DNA of 64,000 nucleotides, taken from Eledone cirrhosa (Eukaryota). A program made the translations under genes and the position numbers. Of this stretch, positions 1 to 61,874 are shown one piece after another. The stretch covers positions 72,602,001 to 72,666,000 of the forward strand of contig OZ024742.1 of assembly GCA_964016885.1 (NCBI GenBank), given 5' to 3'. Within the stretch, counting starts at the first letter, position 1, and every line of letters starts with the position of its first letter. The notes under the pieces are model-generated. The model was not told where the DNA came from and ran no database searches. It was given only the letters and a program-made list of their open reading frames with translations.

Positions 1-941
1 AACAAGATGACATGTGACATCTGAAGGATTGGATCTAGTAAGAAACTGATGAGTTAAGAAGAGGATCATTAGTTTCTAACACTCAACATGTGTGTTGCAG
101 GTCATCAGCCCGTCTAAGAACTTGGTAGAGTGCGGGAATGTATGTAATTGAGATACAGGCTTCCAGCCAACTGCGGAGTCAGAACTTCTTTTCATATGAG
201 GGGCTGAAACAGTTCAAAGCAAGACGAATAATACCACATTTGAAAAGAGGGTTATAGACCTGAAATATCATGTTGAAATACACTGTATAAAACACTACTT
301 TGCTCTGTTTTATTTGTCATCATTAGCCCTTTGTATTTTATATATAAATATATACACACACACATGTATACATACATATAATAGACATCCAGTCCACCCT
401 ATATAAAGGTCATGCTGGTGATAAAAAAAGTACTCAGTCCACTCTGTAAAGTGATTGTACTGGTGACATAAAAACCACTCAGTCCACACTGTAATGTAGT
501 TGGTGTTAGGAAGGGTATCCAACCATAGAAACCAAGCCAAAATACAGATCCTTATGAGCAAGACATGGTCTTCTGACCTGACTTATTTCATAACATGACA
601 ACCCATCTAACCCATGCTACTTTGGAAAATTAACGTTAAACAATGATGATACTATAAGTGATAGGTCCCCCCAAAAGGTCATCTATATACCCAAATACAT
701 CATCGTAGAAGTATTGATTTCTGATCCATCATACATGAGGAGAAAAAGTTTCAGTTGATATATAAATATGTGTGTACATATACATACAAAGTCATACATA
801 TATATAAAAAGTAAACAGAAATAACAAAGCAAACATACCTGATTACTCATATACAAGAATGAAAGTTTGAGAAGCAGAAATTAACAAAAAATAAAAATAA
901 AACAGTAACATTTAAAGTAATGTGGACAGTAATTCTCTTAC

Positions 942-44661
<43,720 letters not shown>

Positions 44662-45235
44662 CTGAAATCGAAATGAGAACAATATTTCATCAGTGTTTTT
44701 GTATCAACCAACAAAACAATTTTTCTTTCTTAAAAATTTCTGCAATGTTTAATACATTGTAATGTCCATTTCCTATGCTGGTATAGGTTGGACAGGTTGT
44801 CACAGTTCAAGTTTAGAAAAGTCAGGAAAACCTGTCTTGTTCATACATTCCATATTTGGGATGGTTTATACTGTTGGATGCCATGCCTAATATTAAAATC
44901 ATACAGAGTACTGGGTACAGTTTATCTTTGCACCAGCATAACACACACATGTATATATATATATGATAAAAAGCACCCAGCCTACACTGTAAAGTGGGAG
45001 TGTAGGTATAACAAAAAGTACCCAGTCCGCACTGTAAGGTGTCAGGACAAAAAGTACCCAGTACACACTATAAATGTGGTTAGCGTTAGGAAGGGCATCC
45101 AGCCATAGAAACCAAGCCAAAATCAGTTCTGTATGAGCAAAACATGGTCATCCGATCTGGCTTGTCTCACAACAGGACAGCTCGTCTAACCCATGCTAAC
45201 AGGCAAAGAAATCCTCAAAATATAAGACCATAGGG

Positions 45236-45655
45236 ATATGATGACCTCCCTAGTGCTGGCGCCATGAGAAAATGTACGGTGATGTGTGAGATTAGCAGCT
45301 CAGATTGTGTACTGGCAGTCAAGGCCCATATCTCACTGCCATGCAACATTGCCAGTCACATGCAGACCTCACAGAGCCTACCCTTCACCCCAAAAGAGAA
45401 GCCTCCCATTAAGAGCAGTGGTACCAGCTCCCTAAACCTCTCCAACCCATTCTAAATCTGACTACCACACTTTCAAAGCATCCTCCCCCATTGCTGATTA
45501 GGTCACCTAAACAACACAAGCCATCAACAACTTCTAGGAAGCCACTCAGGCAATTAAGGAAATCTATTTCACACATCTTCCTAGTGCTGCCTTCTCCCTT
45601 GCATCTGCCACACAAAGTCTATCTTCTCTATCAAGTTGCCTGTAATCCCACTACA
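45236..45655 (-). mobile_element. Decayed RTE RT fragment
   Basis: CGRC..., LEVVDGLCCLGDLISNGGGCFESVVVR. Confidence 0.75.
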
Positions 45656-45661
45656 CTGTGT

Positions 45662-45702
<41 letters not shown>

Positions 45703-46112
45703 GATAGATAGATAGATACGTGTGCTTTTTTACATATATGCATGTGTGTTTGCATGTGTGTATATATGCATGCATGGTCAAATAACTCCTGAGGGAGTCA
45801 CAGGGGCACCACAGTGATATAGGGTGTTTCTTGGGCATTTTAAGCTTGGCAGAGCCCACCTCTCCCCAGTTCTGATTACAGCAGACTTCTTCCAGAAAAG
45901 GACCGAGAGTGAAAGAATGGAAGTGAAAAAGAGATATAAGGAAGAATCAACCCCAGTACTTGACTGGTATTTTTTTTTTTATAAACCTTGAATTGATGAA
46001 AGCAAAAGTTTACCTCAGTGGTATTTGAACTCAGAGAGCAGAGAACCTGAACGAATACTTCAATGCATTCTATCCAACTTTCTAACAACTCTACTGTGAG
46101 TGTGTGTATATA

Positions 46113-46937
46113 CAGGGTGTGGATGATATTTGTTCGCAATTTTCAACTGTTAATTTTATGCAAATTTTTTTTACTTCCCTTGTCACTCTTGTCTTCATAA
46201 AAACAGTGACTATATTTCCATTATTTATTTTCAGAATAATTGATTATGAATAATTTTGAACCTCCTAATTTGTGGAAGAGACATGGAGTCCCTCTTGGAA
46301 TCCGCACCGGGAGGACAAATAAGAAAATTTCAGACTTTCTCAGCGTCAGCAGGAGAACGGTGGAAAAGGTCAGAAAGGAATTGGAAGATTCAGGATTCGG
46401 CTACGAAGCAACATCAGAGAGGAAAACACATGATCGACGATCTGACGCCTTCAGAACACCCGAGTTCGTTGCTGAAGTTCAGGATATCATCAACAATGAA
46501 CCTAGCAAGTCGATGGGTGCCATTGAAAGGTAGAAAGGCGTGGATGAAAAGTTCATTAGGCTGGTGGTACATGAAGACATTCGCTACGTTTCATACAAGA
46601 TGAGGAAAGGACAATTTCTGTCAAAGGCGATGCAAAAAAAGTGACTGAAGCACGCAAAGAAGCTGATCAACAAGTTGAAACACCCACTGGAGCCAGACAT
46701 GCTGTGGTTTTTCTCCGACAAGAAAAACTTCTGCCACGACCAGATGATCAACTCCCAGAACAACAGGTGGCTCGCTGTCTCATCCAAAGACGTGCCCAGA
46801 GTCATGCAGACAAAGTTTCCAGCGACAACATTGGTCTTAGGTGTCGCCAGCAGTCAAGGGGACGTCATGCCACCTCACTTCTTCCCTGAGGGCCTCAAGC
46901 TGAACACCGATGGCTACATCTGCGTTCTGAGCGAGGT

Positions 46938-46938
<1 letters not shown>
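46113..46938 (+). mobile_element. Truncated Tc1/mariner superfamily element (maT/DD37D-like), pseudogenised transposase
   Basis: TA-cagggtg left end; HTH region, WFFSD(K)[25 protein letters not shown]; internal stops; interrupted by a microsatellite. Confidence 0.8.
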
Positions 46939-50053
<3,115 letters not shown>

Positions 50054-51931
50054 CATCATCATCATCATCATCAACGTTTAACGTCCGTGTTCCACGCTTG
50101 CATGGGTTTGGACGGGGGTAGTCCCACTTGAGGCAAGAGTGATTGTCTTGCTCGCATAGGACTGTCTGGCAGGTTTTCTACAGTTGGATGCCCTTCCTAA
50201 CACCAACCACATTTACAGTGTGGGTCTGGGAGGTTTTTACCGTGTTGCCTACACGGCCACATTACAGCGTGGACTGTGTGTTTTTTTGTCGTGACACCTA
50301 CACGATCTCATTTGTTTCGGCCTCGATGGCGCGGCACCAACATAACTTTACATAGAACGGGGTGGTGTGGATCGGGTGGGGGTGGTGGGACGGGGTGTAT
50401 TTGTTAGAGATGCCTACTGGCTGGAGTAGGTTTTACTATATATTTAGGTAAGGCGGGTCTTCTCTGTTACTGAGTACCGCCAAAGGTCTCGGTCCAGTGA
50501 CATTGTCTTGGAGAGGTGTAAGTGTGTGATGTCGGAGTTTATCAGCTCGTCCCAGGTTTTTCTAGGTCTGCCTATTCCGTGACTACCGTCTATCTTTATT
50601 GCCCTGCACTTTGTTATACAGCTATCGACTTTCATGCGCATCACGTGTCCATACCAACGTAGCCTTCTCTCGAGTAAACAACATCTGATCCCTCTTATCT
50701 CTAATTTATTCCTTAGTTCGTTTATGCTTTGCCGTTCACGTATATTACTGCTACACATCCAGCGGAGCATGCAAGCTTCGTTCCTCTCTAGTCTGCGTAT
50801 ATCCTCTGCACACAATGCCCAGGTCTCACTGCCATGCAGCATTGCTGTTCGTATGCAGGCATCGTACAACCTGCCTTTCATTTTTAGTGAGAACCCTTTA
50901 GCAGCTAATAGTGGTATAAGCTCTCTGAACTTTTTCCAACCAGTTCTGACTCTAGCTACAGTACTTTCAGAGCACCCTCCCCCACTGCTGATTTTATCGC
51001 CCAGGTAACGGAAGCTGTCCACTATTTCTATAGAACCCTCTGCGCAATTGAAAGAGCTAGTAGTTTGTGGGCACTTGCTGCTACTTATTGCACCAGAGCA
51101 CCGGCCACATGTAAAATCTATGTTCTTAGTTAGCCTACCTGTGATCCCACTACATCTTTTATGCACCCATACTTTGCATTTAGGACATAAAATGGAGTTT
51201 CTACCTACGCCTTTCCTACACACCGAGCACGACCATTTCCCAGAAGGGACCGCCGCCTTGTTTTCTTTCCTACAAACTAGTACTTTGGTCTTAGCCAGGT
51301 TAATTTTAAGTCCTTTTGACTCTAGGCCGTGCTTCCATGTTTGGAATTTCTTCTCTAGCTCGGCCATTGATTCCGCTATGAGTGTCAGGTCGTCTGCGTA
51401 TAGGAGTTCCCATGGGCAGCCTGTCTTGAACTCCTCTGTTATGGCCTGAAGGGCAATAATAAATAGTAGTGGACTGAGAACAGAGCCCTGATGGACGCCG
51501 ACTTTTACGCTAAACTCTTCACTATATTCGTTGTTAATTCTAACCTTGCTGACTGTTTCTTTATACATGGCTTGTATAGCCCTCACAAGCCATTCGTCAA
51601 CGCCTAGTTTTCTAAGAGCCCACCAGATAATGGAGCGGGGGACTCTGTCGAAGGCTTTCTCCAAGTCGACAAAAGCTAAGTAGAGGGGTTTACCTTTAGC
51701 TAGGTACTTCTCTTGTAGTTGTCGTACTATGAAAAGAGCGTCTGTGGTACTTTTGCCTGACACAAACCCGAACTGCATTTCATCTAGGTCAATTCTCTCT
51801 CTGATTAGTTGCGCTATTACTCTTTCCGTGACCTTCATGACCTGGTCGATTAATTTAATGCCTCTATAGTTACTCCTATCTAGGGCGTCTCCTTTACCCT
51901 TATAACAGTTAACGATGATGCTGCTATGCCA
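50054..51931 (-). mobile_element. 5'-truncated RTE-clade LINE; open RT region (50444-51931), 3'UTR and (GAT)n tail
   Basis: [52 protein letters not shown]. Confidence 0.96.
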
Positions 51932-53005
<1,074 letters not shown>

Positions 53006-54841
53006 ATTAACCAGGTAATACTAGAGGGGGCCATACCAAAAGATTGGTGCAGTAGCATCATTGTCAACTGCTACAAAGGTAAAGGCGATGCACTAGATAG
53101 AGGAAACTATAGAGGTATAAAGTTGATGGACCAGGTCATGAAAGTAACAGAAAGAGTTATAGCACAGCTGATTAGGGACCGGGTGAATATAGACGAGATG
53201 CAATTTGGGTTTGTACCAGGGAAAGGCGCCACTGATGCCCTCTTCCTTGTGAGGCAATTACAGGAAAAGTACCTAGCTAAAAGTAAGCCACTCTACTTGG
53301 CATTTGTCGACCTTGAGAAAGCCTTTGACAGAGTTCCACGTGCAGTAATCTGGTGGGCTCTTAGAAAACTAGGAGTAGATGAATGGCTTGTGAAAGCGGT
53401 ACAAGCCATGTATAGGGGAGCAGTCAGCAAAGTTAGGATTGGCAATGAGTATAGCGAGGAATTTAGCGTACAGGTTGGGGTCCACCAGGGCTCTGTTCTT
53501 AGCCCTCTCCTGTTCATCATAGTCCTGCAGGCAATAACGGAGGAGTTTAAGACCGGATGCCCATGGGAACTCCTGTATGCTGATGACCTCGCACTCATAG
53601 CTGAATCTATGGTAGAACTAGAGAATAAATTCCAAACCTGGAAGCAGGGACTAGAGAGAAAGGGCCTCAAAGTCAACATGACAAAGACTAAGGTCCTTAT
53701 AAGTAGACGAGAAAACAGAACCCAGATCCCCTCAGGGAAATGGCCTTGCTCAGTATGTAGGAAAGGTGTAGGTAGGAACTCCATTCTCTGCCCCAAATGC
53801 AAACAATGGGTACACAAGAGATGTAGCGGGATCTCAGGAAGCTTAATTAAGAATGTAGGATTCACATGCAGCAGCTGTGCTGAAACAGCAAGCAAACAGC
53901 CACAGGAAACAAGTACCACCAATCTCTGGGAGGGCCCTGTAGAAACAGTAGACAGCTTCTGCTACCTAGGTGACCGAATTAGCAACGGAGGTGGGTGCTC
54001 AGAAAGTACAATAACTAGGGTAAGAACGGGATGGAAGAAGTTTAGGGAACTACTACCACTGCTAGCTGCAAAAGGCTTCTCCCTCAGAATGAAAGGCAGA
54101 CTGTATGATGCGTGTATCCGAACAGCGATGTTGCATGGTAGTGAGACCTGGGCGCTGAAGGTGGAAGACTTACGTAGATTAGAGAGAAACGAAGCCTGCA
54201 TGCTCCGATGGATGTGTAACAGTAATATACGTGAACGACAAAGCATAAAGGAATTGAGAGAGAGACTGAGCATAAGAGGAATCAAATGCTGCGTGCAGGA
54301 GAGGCGGTTACGCTGGTATGGACATGTGATGCGTATGAAGGATGACAGCTGCATAAAAAGGTGCAGAGCACTAGAAGTTGATGGAAACCGCGGAGTGGGG
54401 AGACCCAAGATGACTTGGGATGAGGTGATAAAAGCCGACCTTACCCAACTACACCTCTCAAAGTCAATGACACACGACCGTGACTTCTGGCGTCATGCAG
54501 TAATACAGGGTACCCGACCTCCCATGGGTACATGCTGAAGCATATAAACAATATGCCCCCCCCCCCCCCCACCGCAAGGTGGTCGTGGAGGTGCCACGGC
54601 AAAAAAGCACCCAGCCCACACTGTAAAGTGGACGTGTAGGCGCCACGAAAAAGCACCCAGCACTCACTGTAAATGAGGTTGGTGTTAGAGAGGGCATCCA
54701 GCTGTAGGAATCAAGCCAGATCAGTTCCTGTATGAGCAAGGCATGGTCAGCCGACCAGACACTGCCCACAACAGGACAACCCGTCTAACCCATGCTAGCG
54801 TGGAAGAACGGACGTAAAACGGTGATGATGATGATGATGAT
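53006..54841 (+). mobile_element. 5'-truncated RTE-clade LINE (sister subfamily); open RT region (to 54538), 3'UTR and (GAT)n tail
   Basis: [45 protein letters not shown]. Confidence 0.96.
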
Positions 54842-54869
54842 ATATATATACATATACATATATATATAC

Positions 54870-54904
<35 letters not shown>

Positions 54905-54907
54905 CAC

Positions 54908-55002
<95 letters not shown>

Positions 55003-55060
55003 CATACATACATACATACATACATACATACATACATACATACATACATACATACATACA

Positions 55061-55132
<72 letters not shown>

Positions 55133-55322
55133 CATACATATATATATATATATACATACATATATATATATATATACATACATACATATATGCAAAAGTT
55201 ATATTTAAAATTGTTGGGATACAACAAGTAAATATTTTATAACTGATATAAAGCACTCGACAAGTTTTTGGAGTAGATATACGATATTAAATAAATGGAA
55301 ACTATATTTATAAAACCATATT

Positions 55323-55387
55323 TATTTCACTATACATATTTCAGGGATACCAAATTAAAATATGGTATGCCTTCATCAGATAAAATA
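55323..55387 (-). ncRNA. Minimal type I hammerhead ribozyme-like motif
   Basis: tattttat-CTGATGA-aggcatacca..tggtatccct-GAAA-tatgt-ATA-gtgaaata. Confidence 0.6.
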
Positions 55388-56777
55388 CAATATATAAACA
55401 GTTTTATAAATAATTTTGACGTACCCTATTAGATGCAACCATTATTTTTGGAAGCTGTCTGGATAGTGAGATGTTTATAATTATTTTATTAGTTATAGTG
55501 TTAAGCACAGTTAGAAAAAAGATGGAGAGAAAGAAAAAACGGAGAGAGAGAAGGAGAGAGAAAAAAAGAAGGAGAGAGAGAAAAGGAGTGTATGCAGAAA
55601 TGAAAGATATAAATAGACAGGAGGAAATGAAAAAAGAAAGAAAAAAGGAAGAAATAAGAAAAACAAAAGAAAGCAACAGAGAGATAATTCATCACACAGA
55701 TAGAGAAACCCAAGAGAGAGGAAGTACCACATAGAGAGAGGAGGACACAGCGACAACCCCACGTCATGTCACACCAAGTCGAGTTAACAACCCATATGAA
55801 ATGAACAACAAAAATGTAAATATCAACATTCATGAATGGGACACAGATATACAACATGAGAAAACAACACTGCTCAACAATGACCATACGTCCAGTTTAA
55901 AACCCTGAGGTCAATACACCAAAATCTGAGCCAAAACCCTAAAAAAATACCCCACCTACAAAAACACGGATACACATATGTATATATATACACACGCACA
56001 CGCACGCCCCGAAAAAAGAGAAACTATGTCCACTCCAGCCAACAATACAGACACACAAATGATCTCACTTGATCAACTTCTACACACCTCCTGTGTTATA
56101 AAAACCTCACGGTATATATACATAAATATACGATCAATATTCATGTCCTCATACACATGATTACCGTTCATGTATTCAATATTATGCATATCTGCAACAC
56201 ATCATCATATACACACATATGCACAAATAAACATCACCGTGAGTTTTCCAGCATCGCCATGCATACATACAGACATATATACGAACACATAAACAAATCC
56301 TATAAACCTTCCATATGCATGCCAATACACATATATGGCCCTTGCATAGAGACAATCAAACATCAACATATTAATATAGAAACATCAAAGCATTAAATAT
56401 CTCTAAAACACTACAGAGCATCTCAAGTTAAAACAACATGTTTCATACATTTATTACAGAAATCTATCCTACCCATATCCCAAACAAGACACTGCAAGGG
56501 TAGACATATGAAAGTCACCAGAAGCTATCAGAGTCAAAAACAAACAAAAAACAAAAATAATTCAAAAGATTTAGAAGACCCAGTGACTCCACGGATGCCC
56601 CCACACCCAGTATAGAAATCTATCTTACGCAAACCTTATCTAACACATTGGGAGCACACACATCCCAGAGTAGTCTACCATATCCTTGCTCATATTTAGG
56701 AAGAAAGTTCAAAAAGAAAAAGGCGGAGGAATCTAAAGACCTATCGCCAGGTTTCATACACCAACTAAATTTCTTAA

Positions 56778-57490
56778 TTAATTATACCACATTTTAAATC
56801 TACACCTATATTCAAACGCCGAGCTCAATCCATGTCCGCAGCAACTGAACAAATTGCTCCCCAAATTAAGGGAACCTTTGGACTTTAATATAAAGAATAT
56901 TTCCTCCACACAAAGATCACAACTCTCCGAAGAGGAACCAAAAGGAACACCCCCTGAGACAACACTCCAAATCATCGAACATCCAACATTATCTCGTTTA
57001 AGGTGCCAGAGCAGGCTAGATTGCGAAGCTGATGACTCCCCGTTTGGATCTGTGAAAGAATTCATACGACCACTGAAGCGAAGCCTAAATTCTGTCGAGG
57101 TGGAACCAACACAGTCGAAAGAACTTAAATTAGTCCCAACACCACATTCCCAACCAAGCAGCCGCCATTTAACGGACAGCCAGATTTATTTCCACAGTCA
57201 CAGCCACTCAATTGAAAATTGCTTGGGTCACTATTGGCATCCTGGTTAGGTTTTAAATTCCCATTATTAATTCTGTTAACATTTTGTGCTAAATTTTTGG
57301 TGGACGAGTAAGTTAATCTCACAGTGTGTCCATTAAAAATTGAGCGACACTTATGTGCCCTAGGGAAGCGCTTGCCAAGAGCATTAAAGAATAGTTTAGC
57401 AATATGGGTTTTAATATCCAGTGAGAAAGGGGGGGCAAACCATAATATATTTCTAGTTCTATTTCTTTTTCGGCCTTTGGAACTATTGTA
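56778..57490 (-). mobile_element. Penelope-like element C-terminal linker plus GIY-YIG endonuclease remnant, A>G hypermutated
   Basis: RNILWFxPPFS, TVxLTYS, CxCxxKxxCPLxGxC, (YIG)>CVG-ST..F.LR, LWHLK, CxLC, C(R)H pattern of PLE endonucleases. Confidence 0.88.
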
Positions 57491-58871
57491 ATACATACAT
57501 ATATACATTATATATATATATATATATATATATACATACATATATACATTAAATATATACATTATATATATATATATATACATTATATATATATATATAC
57601 ATACATATATACATTATATATATATATATATACATTATATATATATATATATACATTATATATATATATATACATACATATATACATATACATACATATA
57701 TACATTATATATATATATATATACATACATATATACATTATATATAAATATACATATATACATATATATAAATATATACATATATACATATATACATAAT
57801 ATATATATACATATATACATAATATATATACATATATACATTATATATATATACATATATACATTATATATATATACATATATACATTATATATATATAC
57901 ATATATACATTATATATATATATACATATATACATTATATATATATATATACATATATACATTATATATATATATATACATATATACATTATATATATAT
58001 ATACATATATACATTATATATATATATATACATATATACATTATATATATATACATATATCCATTATATATATATACATATATCCATTATATATATATAT
58101 ATACATATATACATTATATATATATATATACATATATACATTATATATATATATACATATATACATTATATATATATACATATATACATTATATATATAT
58201 ATACATATATACATTATATATATATATACATATATACATTATATATATATATACATATATACATTATATATATATATACATATATACATTATATATATAT
58301 ATACATATATACATTATATATATACATATATACATTATGTATATATACATACATACATTATGTATATATACATACATTATATATATATACATATATACAT
58401 TATATATATATACATTATCTATATATACATATATACATTATATATATATACATTATCTATATATACATATATACATTATATATATACATTATATATATAC
58501 ACTATATATATATATATACATATATACATTATATATGTATATACATATATACATTATATATGTATATACATATATACATTGTATATATATATACATATAT
58601 ACCTTGTATATATATATACATATATACATTATATATATATATACATATATACATTATATATATATATACATATATACATTATATATATATATATATACAT
58701 TATATACATATATACATTATATACATATATACATTATATACATATATACATTATATAGATATATATACATTATATAGATATATATACATTATATATATAT
58801 ATACATTATATATATATATATATACATACATACATACATACATACATACACATACATACATACATACATAC

Positions 58872-58907
<36 letters not shown>
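57491..58907. repeat. Microsatellite/minisatellite (catatatacattatatat)n ending in (CA)n
   Basis: Direct inspection. Confidence 0.93.
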
Positions 58908-59510
58908 GCGAAAGAATGTCATCTCGCTACTACCTCCCCATGAGACACGATGGGATAGCTAGAACCATCTGGAACGCACTTCTCGAAAACAAAATTAACA
59001 ACAAACGAGGAAGAATATATTGAGACAGATGGCACTAAGGAATACTGGTGGAACCTGAAAATAAAAACTGCCACCAAATTAAAGCACAATCGGCATGATA
59101 TTGTAGTTTGGGACCACACATTGAGAACGTGTTCTGTTGTGGAGATCAGCTGCCCACTTCATGTAAAGGTTGTCAGAAAAATACAGGAGAAGGAGGACAT
59201 CTATGGACCATTGATGAGGAGTTTACAAATCCAGTATCCAAGATACACCTTTAGCTTCATACCCATCATTATTGGAGCTACGGGTTATATACCAACCCGC
59301 TTGGACCAAAGTATGACTGAATTGGATTTGCGAACAAAAAGCGCAGCTCCCTAATTCATAGTCTGCAAATGGCTGCGATAGCTGGTACCTTCAAAATTTG
59401 CAAAACATTCTTGCGATTCAAGGGATGACAATTTCTTTTCTTTTACAACCTTGCCACCAGGTAGGTGGCCGGTCAAAAAAATATACTCGAAATTAAGAGA
59501 TAGAGAAAAC
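58908..59510 (+). mobile_element. R4/Dong-type non-LTR retrotransposon 3' fragment (restriction-like endonuclease), frameshifted
   Basis: YYLPMRHDGIAR, WWNLKIKT, HNRHDIVVWD, VEISCP, EKEDIY, IPIIIGATG, LQMAAIAGTFKICKTFL; stop at 59428. Confidence 0.82.
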
Positions 59511-60162
59511 ATATATACATACATACATATTTATGCATACATACATACATACATATATACATATATATATATATACATACATATATATATATACATATAC
59601 ATACATACATATATATAGATACATACATATATATACATACATACATATATATATACATACATACATATATATATACATACATACATATATATACATACAT
59701 ACATACATACATATATATACATACATACATACATATATATACATACATACATATATATACATACATACATACATATACATACATACATACACATACATAC
59801 ATATATATACATACATACATACATATACATACATACACATACATACATATATATATATATACATACATACATATATATATATATACATACATACATATAT
59901 ACATACATACATACATATATATACATACATACATATATACATATATATACATACATAAATACATATACATACATACATATATATACATACATACATACAT
60001 ATATATACATACATACATACATATATATACATACATACATACATATATATACATACATACATACATACATATATATACATACATACATACATATATATAC
60101 ATACATACATACATATATATACATACATACATACATATATATACATACATACATACATATAT

Positions 60163-60195
<33 letters not shown>

Positions 60196-60196
60196 C

Positions 60197-60229
<33 letters not shown>

Positions 60230-60252
60230 CATACATACATACATACATACAC

Positions 60253-60285
<33 letters not shown>

Positions 60286-60387
60286 CATACATACATACAT
60301 ATATATATATATATACATACATACATATACATACATACATTCATACATACATACATACATACATACATACATACATACATACATACA

Positions 60388-60419
<32 letters not shown>

Positions 60420-60468
60420 CATACATATATACATACATATATATATATACATACATACATATATATAC

Positions 60469-60502
<34 letters not shown>

Positions 60503-61149
60503 ACATACATATATATATACATAAATACATATATATATACATAAATACATATATATATATACATACATATATATATACATAAATACATATATATATATAT
60601 ACATACATATATATATACATAAATACATATATATATATACATACATATATATATACATAAATACATATATTTATATACATACATATATATATACATAAAT
60701 ACATATATATATATACATACATATATATATATATACATACATATATATATATACATACATATATATATATACATAAATACATATATATATATACATACAT
60801 ATATATATACATACATACATATATATATACATACATACATATATATATACATACATACATACATATATATATACATACATACATACATATATATATACAT
60901 ACATATATATATACATACATATATATATATACATACATATATATATATACATACATATATATATACATACATATATATATATACATACATATATATATAT
61001 ACATACATATATATATATACATACATATATATATATACATACATATATATATATACATACATATATATATACATACATACATATATATATACATACATAT
61101 ATATATATACATACATATATATATACATACATATATATATACATACATA

Positions 61150-61212
<63 letters not shown>

Positions 61213-61806
61213 ACATACATATATATACACATACATATATATATACACATACATATATATATACATACATATATATATACATACATATATATATACATAC
61301 ATACATACATACATATATTCATACATATATACATACATATATTCATACATATATACATACATATATATATACATATATATATACATATATATATACATAC
61401 ATATATACATATATATATACATACATATATACATATATATATACATACATATATACATACATATATACATACATATATACATACATATATATATATATAT
61501 ATACATACATACATACATATATATATATATACATACATACATATATATATATACATACATACATACATACATATATATATATACACATACATACATACAT
61601 ATATATATATACACATACATACATACATACATATATATATATACACATACATATATATATATATATATATACACATACATATATATATATATATACATAC
61701 ATACATATATATACACATACATATATATATATATATACATACATATATATATATATATACATACATACATACATATACACATACATATATATATATATAT
61801 ACATAC

Positions 61807-61859
<53 letters not shown>

Positions 61860-61874
61860 CATACATATATATAT
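59511..61874. repeat. About 2.4-kb (CATA)n/(TA)n microsatellite
   Basis: Direct inspection. Confidence 0.95.
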
